A DNA stretch of 32,000 nt from Alkanindiges illinoisensis DSM 15370 (GTDB taxonomy: Bacteria > Pseudomonadota > Gammaproteobacteria > Pseudomonadales > Moraxellaceae): positions 30,001 to 62,000 of the forward strand of contig NZ_JHUX01000007.1 of the NCBI RefSeq assembly GCF_000619845.1. The letters are read 5' to 3'. Positions 19,664 through 26,709 of this stretch are shown piece by piece; positions within the stretch are counted from its first letter, which is position 1, and the number at the start of each line of letters is the position of its first letter. The notes under the pieces were generated by a model that did no database searches, was not told the DNA's origin, and saw nothing but the letters and a program-made list of their open reading frames with translations. The translations under genes and the position numbers were made by a program.

Positions 19664-20257
19664 TTAAGGCTTTTGAACGGTGGACTGTACAATAACGCGC
19701 GGCGTGCCATCAGCATTCAGATAATATTTCGGTCCTAGTGAAGTCATAATCAGCCGGGCATCAAATTCTTCACCCTTTTGCGAAGCGGTATTGGAGCACT
19801 TGATGGTATAGCTCACTTCCACTGGATCAAGGTTATATACCACGCCTTCATAAAATGGATCATTCCAGCCGGGACCATACCAGCCATTGCCATAATAAGG
19901 CCAGCGTGCACGGTGCGGGCCATGCCATAACGGGCCGCCCCAGCCGGGAAAGGGATCAGGATAAACCACAGCACGGCGACGAGGAGCTGACTTACCTTGA
20001 TCCAGTACCATAAAGTAGCGGTAACCGGCATCCAGTGTGGTTTTGGCAGCCTTGAGCAGGGCAATTTCCTCGGCACTTGCCGCACTCATGTCTGGGTCAC
20101 CGGTAAAACGAACCCGGTAAATGGCTGTATTTAGCTGATATTGCTCAAACTGACCCAGACTGGCAAAGCTGCGGGGCTGGGAAGGTGCCATGACACAACC
20201 GCTCAGCAGCAAGGCTGCCAAACCAGACACAGCAAGGTTAATGAAGATGGCACGCAT
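19664..20257 (-). CDS. Lipoprotein with a Trp/Gly/Pro/Tyr-rich central segment (possibly CC0125/CC1285-family-like)
   Basis: Lipobox LLLSGC (Cys21). YRVRFTGDPDMSAASAEEIALLKAAKTTLDAGYRYFMVLD, then PDPFPGWGGPLWHGPHRARWPYYGNGWYGPGWNDPFY. Lies 37 bp upstream of ybcJ on the same strand. Confidence 0.7.
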   Translation of the reverse strand: MRAIFINLAVSGLAALLLSGCVMAPSQPRSFASLGQFEQYQLNTAIYRVRFTGDPDMSAASAEEIALLKAAKTTLDAGYRYFMVLDQGKSAPRRRAVVYPDPFPGWGGPLWHGPHRARWPYYGNGWYGPGWNDPFYEGVVYNLDPVEVSYTIKCSNTASQKGEEFDARLIMTSLGPKYYLNADGTPRVIVQSTVQKP

Positions 20258-20438
20258 AGGTAGGCTCCCAGCCAGTGAACAAGTCTTACCGCAGGCTCAA
20301 TGTGCACAATAATGGATTATGCGCTTGGCATCAGCACATTATAAAGCAGCGCAGCGCAGCAGAGAAAACCACGCTGTATAAGCAGTGTAGGAAATGCTTC
20401 ATAATGGCTTCATGGTTGCATGGTCAGAAAAAATTAAG

Positions 20439-20978
20439 TTAAAACGAACTGTTAGGCTGTTTTAAAAACTCCAGTTCTTCAGGGGTGGATGTTCTGCCCA
20501 GCACAGCGTTCCGGTGCGGATAACGGCCAAAACGATCAATAATGGCTTTATGCAGTTTTTCAAATTTCAGGTTGTTTTCAATGCCCAGTTGGGTAAACAA
20601 ATCCAGTGCTTTTTCATGGATAAGTCGCGATTCACTGTGCATGAAAGGCATGTAGAGGAATGAACGCTGCACCGGACTTAGCTGCTGGTCGGCACCTTGT
20701 GCAATGGCTTCCTGTGCCAGCACCAGCGCCATGGGATCACAGGCAAAGGCAGCCGCCTGATCTCGGTAAAGGTTACGGGAAAACTGGTCGAGCACAATGA
20801 TTTCAGCCAGACGGCCTTCGCTACTGCTGCGCCATGCATAAGCTTCAGCAGCAGCAACATGGGCATGCCATTTACCAAATTGCTGCTGAATTTGCTGGTC
20901 AAATCGCTCATCTTTTTCAAACCATTGAGCGGGGGTGCTCTGTTCAAACCAGAAGTTTAAAACCTGCTGCGGCGTCAT
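20439..20978 (-). CDS. DUF924-family protein
   Basis: MTPQQVLNFWFEQSTPAQWFEKDERFDQQIQQQF...LDQFSRNLYR...RFGRYPHRNAVLGRTSTPEELEFL, a typical DUF924 pattern. Start trimmed to ATG 20978. Confidence 0.8.
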   Translation of the reverse strand: MTPQQVLNFWFEQSTPAQWFEKDERFDQQIQQQFGKWHAHVAAAEAYAWRSSSEGRLAEIIVLDQFSRNLYRDQAAAFACDPMALVLAQEAIAQGADQQLSPVQRSFLYMPFMHSESRLIHEKALDLFTQLGIENNLKFEKLHKAIIDRFGRYPHRNAVLGRTSTPEELEFLKQPNSSF

Positions 20979-21198
20979 GGAATATGCCCATTCATTCAAT
21001 GAAGCCCCTACTGTAAAGTACAAAGATGGCAAAAAACGAGCTTAAATCCGTATCCATGATGAAAAAGCCGAAAAAAAGCTATTTTTTTCACATCAAAAAT
21101 CATGCGTTTTAAGCCAATAAAAGGCAAAATCGCTATGTCTTGCTTTGCACAATAAATTGATATGCAAAGTGATGTTGCTGGCCCAGTGAGTAAAATGA

Positions 21199-22821
21199 AT
21201 GCGTAACCCGGACTTGTTAACCCAGTTTAATGTACCAGCGTGGTTAACACCTGATCACTTGTCAGGCATGCAGCGCGGCATTGAAAAAGAATCGCTGCGC
21301 ATGCAGGCCAATGGTTTTTTGTCGCAAACCGATCATCCACGCGCACTGGGTTCGGCATTAACCCATCCGCATATCACCACCGACTATTCAGAAGCGCTGA
21401 TTGAGCTGATTACGCCACCTGTGAGTCATCCGCAACAGGCGCTGGATTTTTTGCGCCAGCTGCATGTGGTGGTGCAGCAAAATCTGCCGGAAGGGGAAAC
21501 CCTGTGGCCATTGTCCATGCCCTGTATGCTGGACAAGGATGAAAACAATATTCCACTGGCCAGATACGGGTCCTCGAATCTGGGTCAGTTTAAAACCCTG
21601 TACCGCCGTGGACTTGGCATACGTTATGGACGCCGCATGCAAACCATTGCCGGGGTTCATTATAACGTGTCATTCCCCGATCAGCTTTTTACGGCATGGC
21701 AGCAACACAGCAGTACCGCACCTGAATTACAGCAGCTGAGTTTGCAGGACTATCGCAGTGAGCGTTATTTTGGCCTGATCCGTAATTTCCTGCGGTTGGC
21801 GCCACTGGTGGTATATTTACTGGGTGCCAGTCCCTCGGTTTGTGCCTGCTTTTTGTCAGGCCGCCAGCATCATCTGCAACCACTGGTTAGCGGCACCATG
21901 TACCTGCCGGAAGCCACCGCCCTGCGCATGGGACGGCTAGGCTACCAGAACAGTGCACAGCGCGGCCTGGGCATTCACTATAACAATATGCAGGATTACA
22001 TCCGTGGCATTGAGCAGGCCATTCATACGCCGTATCAGGCCTTTAGTGAGCTAGGTCTGGATGATGAAAACGGTGAGCCATTGCAAATCAATGATCATGT
22101 GCTGCAAATTGAAAATGAATACTACAGCCCAATCCGGCCCAAGCAAATTCCCCAGTCTGGCGAAACACCAGCCCAGGCCCTCAAAAATCGTGGCGTAGCC
22201 TATATTGAACTGCGCGCCGTGGATATTAACCCGTATAGCGACATTGGGATTGATTTGACCAGTGCCTGTTTTCTGGAAGTTGTGGCGTTATATGCTTTAC
22301 TGCAGGAGAGTCCGGCGATTAATGACAGCGAGCAGGACTGTATTGATCACAACCTGATTAAAGTGGTGGATCAGGGCCGTAATGTGAACCTGAGCTTAAA
22401 TACCCCGGAAGGCGAATACCTGTTCAAGCCATGGGCACGCCAGCAACTGGAACACATGCAGGCCATTGCCCGCATGCTGGATGAAACAACGGCGCAGCCT
22501 ATTTATCAGGCAGCACTACAGGTGATGAGCAAGCGCCTGGAGCATGTTGAACATACGCTGTCCGCCCAAGTGCTTAGTGATACGGTCACAGCTGGGGGAT
22601 CGTGGCGCTTTGGCCATGCACTGGCCAGCCGTTATGCCACTCAGCAGGGTGAGCAGCAATTGCCGCCGGAGCAGCAACAGTATTTTAGCCAGATTGCCGA
22701 GCAGTCGTGGCAGGCACAGGCGCAACTGGAACAGCAGGATCAGGGCGACTTTAAAACTTATCTTGCGCCTTATCGCCAGAATCATGCAGTATCAGCAACA
22801 TCGCCCAAGGAGCATGTTTAA
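21199..22821 (+). CDS. gshA: Glutamate--cysteine ligase
   Basis: 540 aa. GMQRGIEKESLRM..HPHITTDYSEALIELITPP...GVHYN match the E. coli GshA blocks, and the N-terminal spacing matches E. coli. Confidence 0.93.
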   Translation: MRNPDLLTQFNVPAWLTPDHLSGMQRGIEKESLRMQANGFLSQTDHPRALGSALTHPHITTDYSEALIELITPPVSHPQQALDFLRQLHVVVQQNLPEGETLWPLSMPCMLDKDENNIPLARYGSSNLGQFKTLYRRGLGIRYGRRMQTIAGVHYNVSFPDQLFTAWQQHSSTAPELQQLSLQDYRSERYFGLIRNFLRLAPLVVYLLGASPSVCACFLSGRQHHLQPLVSGTMYLPEATALRMGRLGYQNSAQRGLGIHYNNMQDYIRGIEQAIHTPYQAFSELGLDDENGEPLQINDHVLQIENEYYSPIRPKQIPQSGETPAQALKNRGVAYIELRAVDINPYSDIGIDLTSACFLEVVALYALLQESPAINDSEQDCIDHNLIKVVDQGRNVNLSLNTPEGEYLFKPWARQQLEHMQAIARMLDETTAQPIYQAALQVMSKRLEHVEHTLSAQVLSDTVTAGGSWRFGHALASRYATQQGEQQLPPEQQQYFSQIAEQSWQAQAQLEQQDQGDFKTYLAPYRQNHAVSATSPKEHV

Positions 22822-23309
22822 TGAGGTTAACCTACCGTGTGGTCAGTCTGATCCTGTTTCTGGCCAGTGTGGCTGGTATGGCGTTTGCCCTGTATTTGCA
22901 GCACTATCAAATGCTGGAGCCTTGCCCGCTGTGCATTTTCCAGCGTGTTGGCCTGATGGGCATGGGGCTGGTTTCACTGATTGCCTTTATTCATAATCCG
23001 GCAAAACTCTGGGTACGCCGTAGCTATGCACTGTTAGCCACGCTATCCATTAGCTGGTCGTTTGCAGTGGCAACGCGGCATGTGTGGCTGCAGCACCTGC
23101 CACCGGAAGATGTGCCTGCCTGCGGGCCGGGCCTTGATTACTGGCTGGATACCTTCCCGTTAAGGGATGTGGTGCAAAAGGTACTGCATGGTTCGGGCGA
23201 GTGTGCCGCCATTGACTGGACGTTTCTGGGGCAATCGCTGCCGACCTGGGCACTGGTGTTTTTTAGCGGATTATTGCTGCTGAACCTATGGCAACTGGTG
23301 CGTCGCTAG
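22821..23309 (+). CDS. dsbB: Disulfide bond formation protein B
   Basis: 162 aa, 4 TM, with CPLCIFQR (CxxC) and a second Cys pair (PAC...GEC). AAGGAG SD 8 nt upstream. The ATG overlaps the gshA TAA by 1 nt. Confidence 0.9.
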   Translation: MRLTYRVVSLILFLASVAGMAFALYLQHYQMLEPCPLCIFQRVGLMGMGLVSLIAFIHNPAKLWVRRSYALLATLSISWSFAVATRHVWLQHLPPEDVPACGPGLDYWLDTFPLRDVVQKVLHGSGECAAIDWTFLGQSLPTWALVFFSGLLLLNLWQLVRR

Positions 23310-23352
23310 TCACGGGCGCTGGTGCCGGACTAAAATACGTAAACCCTGAAAT

Positions 23353-23381
23353 AAAAAAGGACGCCTGATGCGTCCTTTTTT
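23353..23381. terminator. Bidirectional terminator between dsbB and the alpha/beta hydrolase gene
   Basis: AAAAAAGGACGC-ctgat-GCGTCCTTTTTT. Confidence 0.85.
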
Positions 23382-23423
23382 AGTGATTTTTTACCAAAAA
23401 TCTAGCGTGTACCTAGTCTGCAC

Positions 23424-24722
23424 CTAATCCACAATAGTTTCGATGCGCTGGCTTGGATCGCGCACCTGGCTGGCATTCGGATACAGCCAGGCAATAATTT
23501 GCTCACGTACACGGGGATGATGCTGAATCTCAAAATGGTTTAGGCCATAAAATACCGCTTTATGGTCTTCAGGCACTTTTAAACGGAACTGCGGATGCGG
23601 ATGGTCTCCCAGTGCACTTTTGACGCTCACCAGATAGTCACCAATGGCTTCAAGGGTCTTGGAGCTTGACGATTCACGTTCCAGCGTTCCGGCAATCAAA
23701 TAAGTATTTACGCGGGAAGGTAGCGGCGCAGGCTTGCGGCAATCGTCCATCTGGCCAATCTTGGCATCCAGATGTTCCCAGTCGTCATCACGCACACTGC
23801 CATGACGCAGGTCAATAATCCCGGCACTGCGCATATTGGCAAGCTGCGCCAGTACACTGGCAAACGGCACCTTACCGATTTTTTCCTGAAACATAAAGCC
23901 CAGGCGTTCCAATACTGCACCCTGATGCGGTGAACCAATGCACACCAGATTTTCAACGTAGTTAATCCAGTTATAGGCACTTTGCTTGCCATAAAACAGC
24001 GCACTACGTGACACCAGCCCACCCATGCTATGACCAATCAGGTCAATGGTGGTAATACGCGGATTACGTTTAATCAGGTCTTCCAGCACATTGGAAAATG
24101 AACGGCCATTGGACGAAATACGGCGTCCAGTGTTGTAGTTCAGGTACAGCACATTGGCTTGTTGCTGGTGATAGAGGATATGTTCACCCAGTCCGCTGCT
24201 TTCACCCGGTGCCCAGCTTAAGTGGTTCATGCACAGGCCATGTACTAGAATAATTACCCGTCCGGAAAGTTCGCCGCGCTGCAACTGGCCATAACGGTCA
24301 TACAGCACCATGGGCAATGCCAGCGGGTTGTGACTTTGAAGCATGTAATCACCCAGCACGCCATTCAGCGCATTGGCTATAAAATGCATCAGTGGTGTTA
24401 GGGGTTTTTCATGCAATACCGGAAAATAACGGTTCAGGCCGCGCAAGCTGATGGCAAGACCTTTACCATATTGTTGCATGACGCGCTGGCTAAGATTATA
24501 CACCCGCTTGGTAATGCCGTTATCCCAGATAAAATTGGCTTGCCGGGTGGTTAAGGAAAAATATTGCAGGAAAATTTCACGATGGATTTCTTGCACCAGC
24601 TCGGCCACACCACTCACACTCGACGTGGCCAGCTGTGACAGACCTTCCAGAAAATCGGCCTGTGACGGAGGACTACGGTCAAACTTGCAGTAGTTTTCAT
24701 GAAGTGGGGTTAAGCTAGGCAT
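23424..24722 (-). CDS. Alpha/beta-fold hydrolase (lipase/esterase-like, PGAP1/DUF676-like) with a long N-terminal extension
   Basis: 432 aa. Oxyanion-region VIILVHGL, nucleophile elbow GHSMGG, and later GDYLV and NHFEIQHH as candidate Asp and His. GGAGGA SD 9 nt upstream of ATG 24722. Confidence 0.8.
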   Translation of the reverse strand: MPSLTPLHENYCKFDRSPPSQADFLEGLSQLATSSVSGVAELVQEIHREIFLQYFSLTTRQANFIWDNGITKRVYNLSQRVMQQYGKGLAISLRGLNRYFPVLHEKPLTPLMHFIANALNGVLGDYMLQSHNPLALPMVLYDRYGQLQRGELSGRVIILVHGLCMNHLSWAPGESSGLGEHILYHQQQANVLYLNYNTGRRISSNGRSFSNVLEDLIKRNPRITTIDLIGHSMGGLVSRSALFYGKQSAYNWINYVENLVCIGSPHQGAVLERLGFMFQEKIGKVPFASVLAQLANMRSAGIIDLRHGSVRDDDWEHLDAKIGQMDDCRKPAPLPSRVNTYLIAGTLERESSSSKTLEAIGDYLVSVKSALGDHPHPQFRLKVPEDHKAVFYGLNHFEIQHHPRVREQIIAWLYPNASQVRDPSQRIETIVD

Positions 24723-24780
24723 GATGCGGCATCCTCCGTTTATTCGCTAAATCGACTTTATTCCTGTGCGATTAAGCAGT

Positions 24781-24840
24781 GGGTCACAGTTGGGTGACAT
24801 AGCTATTACAAGCTGTTACATGATGTTTACTCTTGATTAC
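24781..24840. repeat. Six helically phased TNAC motifs (about 10.6-bp period)
   Basis: gggTCACagtt gggTGACatag ctaTTACaag ctgTTACatga tgtTTACtct tgaTTAC. Motif ends at 24787, 24798, 24809, 24819, 24830 and 24840. Confidence 0.6.
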
Positions 24841-25101
24841 TAAAGGTGTCAATATCTACTTTAGTACAATAATTGGCCAAAATGCTCATTCTGGCTTATT
24901 TTCAAAGCAGTTTAGCCAATTGCCGATTTTTTACACTAAAATGCCTACTACTACCTATATCCTGAAATAGTTGAGCAGTACGTAAAAAAATGTTTGAAAG
25001 TAAAAGCACTTAGTGGTCAAAAAGTAATTTTGTTACATAACTTAAGTGTAACTTAGGCAGTATCGCCTCTTGTTATACGCTTTACACAGAACGTATCAGA
25101 C

Positions 25102-25129
25102 TTGCGCATAACTTTAACACGCGTACAAT
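25102..25129 (+). promoter_or_regulatory. Candidate sigma70 promoter of yqiA
   Basis: -35 TTGCGC (25102-25107), 16-bp spacer, -10 TACAAT (25124-25129), 41 bp upstream of the ATG. Confidence 0.4.
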
Positions 25130-25169
25130 TTAGGCCCGATTTGATGTGTTTGCCGGATAGGCCATTTTT

Positions 25170-25751
25170 ATGCAACTGATTTACATTCATGGACTCAACA
25201 GCAATGCGGCATCTGCCAAGGGTCAAATGCTGGAAGACTGGTGTAAAACCCACCGACCAGAAATCAGGGTGGTTCGACCCGATCTGAATCTGCCCCCACA
25301 GCAGGTTATGCAACTGCTGGATGAGGCTATTGCTCAGGACGCCCACACCGGTTTGGTGGGCAGCAGCCTTGGTGGCTTTTATGCGACAGCTTGTGTCGCA
25401 AAGCATGCGGTGCGGGCTGTTCTTGTTAATCCATCTGTGCGACCATTTGAACGGTTCAAACGGTTCTTTGCGCAGGGTGAAACCGAGCATCATACTGAAA
25501 CTGGCTGGGTCGTTACCCCGGACCAGCTGGAAGACCTAAAGGCATTGTATCAGCCTGTACCTGCTAGCCCAGATAGAATTCTGGTGCTGCTCAAGCAGGG
25601 GGATGAAGTACTGGATTACCGTGAGGCTGAAAGTTATTTCAGTCAGGATGAGGCCCAGAGTGCGCTGATTGTAGAGCCGGGCGGTGACCATTTTATGCAT
25701 GATATGGACAGCAAAATTCCGCTCATCATTAATTTCTTGTTTGATCGCTAA
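25170..25751 (+). CDS. yqiA: YqiA-family esterase (UPF0227 alpha/beta hydrolase)
   Basis: MQLIYIHGLNSNAASAKG...LVGSSLGGFYAT...VLVNPSVRPFE...GDEVLDYREA...GGDH, collinear with E. coli YqiA, which also neighbours parE. Confidence 0.85.
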   Translation: MQLIYIHGLNSNAASAKGQMLEDWCKTHRPEIRVVRPDLNLPPQQVMQLLDEAIAQDAHTGLVGSSLGGFYATACVAKHAVRAVLVNPSVRPFERFKRFFAQGETEHHTETGWVVTPDQLEDLKALYQPVPASPDRILVLLKQGDEVLDYREAESYFSQDEAQSALIVEPGGDHFMHDMDSKIPLIINFLFDR

Positions 25752-25782
25752 TGGCGTGATTCATTCTCAGGCTGCACACCGC

Positions 25783-26415
25783 ATGCAACGCGCAAAGTAC
25801 CAACTGGCTATTTTTGATTTTGATGGCACGCTAGCCAATTCATTTCCATTTTTTGCCAGTGTGTTTAACGAGCTGGCTGAGCAGTATCGTTTCAAAAAAA
25901 TTGAAATGCACGAGATTGAAACTTTGCGTCATGCCACACCACGCCAGATTATGCAGCATGTGAACATGGCAGCCTGGAAACTACCGCTGGTATCGCGCGG
26001 CTTTATCCGGCGTATGCGGCGCAATGCGCACCAGATTGAACTGTTTGAACACATTAGCGACAGCTTGAAGTTTCTGGCCAGCTCAGGTGTGCGGCTGGCC
26101 ATTGTGTCATCCAACTCAAAGGAAAACGTGGCTGTCATTTTAGGGGCTGAACTGTTTGCCCTGTTTGGTCAGGTGCATTGCGGCATGTCGATTTTTGGCA
26201 AGACCGCGCATTTGAAAAAGATTTTAAGGAAAACCGGCATTGCAGCCCAGCATGCCATTTATATTGGCGATCAGGAAACCGATGCCGAGGCAGCAGCACA
26301 GGCCAATATGGCATTTGGTGCAGTGAGCTGGGGCTATGGCAGTATGCAGGCCCTGCGTCAGCATGACCGCGTGCTAGAGTTTGTCACGGGTCATGATTTG
26401 CGCCAGCTTGCTTGA
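25783..26415 (+). CDS. HAD-superfamily hydrolase (phosphoglycolate phosphatase-like, subfamily IA)
   Basis: Motif I FDFDGTLANS, motif II VSSNS, motif IV-like GDQETD. Start trimmed to ATG 25783 (the track's 25684 overlaps yqiA). Confidence 0.85.
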   Translation: MQRAKYQLAIFDFDGTLANSFPFFASVFNELAEQYRFKKIEMHEIETLRHATPRQIMQHVNMAAWKLPLVSRGFIRRMRRNAHQIELFEHISDSLKFLASSGVRLAIVSSNSKENVAVILGAELFALFGQVHCGMSIFGKTAHLKKILRKTGIAAQHAIYIGDQETDAEAAAQANMAFGAVSWGYGSMQALRQHDRVLEFVTGHDLRQLA

Positions 26416-26709
26416 GGCATAAACTGCTATACAGGCACTCATGTTCATTCAGATATTTATCCAAAAGACGGCTTGCGCATTCATGAGCAGGCCTGAGCTT
26501 TGGATGTGTTATTAATTTAATGTTGTATGTTTTAGTTGATATTAATAGTTTTTTTCGTCATTTGTTTTTGCATGAATCCTGTGCTTTGCGTCGATTGGTC
26601 AATAAGCAATATACACACAGTGGCTATAGCATTTTAATGGTCAGCCAGCGTAAAACCTTGGATGAAAGAAAACAGTTAATCAATGACTTTATAATGGGAA
26701 GTGAATAAC

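Noticed and set aside
22544-22996. 150-aa plus-strand ORF spanning the gshA end and the dsbB start
   Set aside because: It is an alternate frame across two confidently assigned genes and its composition looks non-protein-like.
24781-24840. The 10-11 bp tandem units, considered as a CRISPR array or minisatellite
   Set aside because: The units are far too short and degenerate for CRISPR repeats, there are no spacers, and no cas genes are present. They are interpreted as phased binding motifs instead.
25271-25280. GGTTCGACCC resembling a tRNA T-arm
   Set aside because: It lies inside the yqiA coding frame and has no surrounding acceptor or anticodon stem complementarity. No tRNA is called anywhere in the window.
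25053-25493. 146-aa minus-strand ORF covering the yqiA promoter and N-terminus
   Set aside because: It is antisense to yqiA, which aligns collinearly with E. coli YqiA. There is no SD and no motifs.
26520-26708. 62-aa ORF upstream of parE, and the 71-aa ORF at 28878..29093 upstream of the HPF-like gene
   Set aside because: These are AT-rich intergenic sequences with no SD. Their peptides are Cys/Phe/Arg-rich and look non-coding, and each runs into the start of the next real gene.
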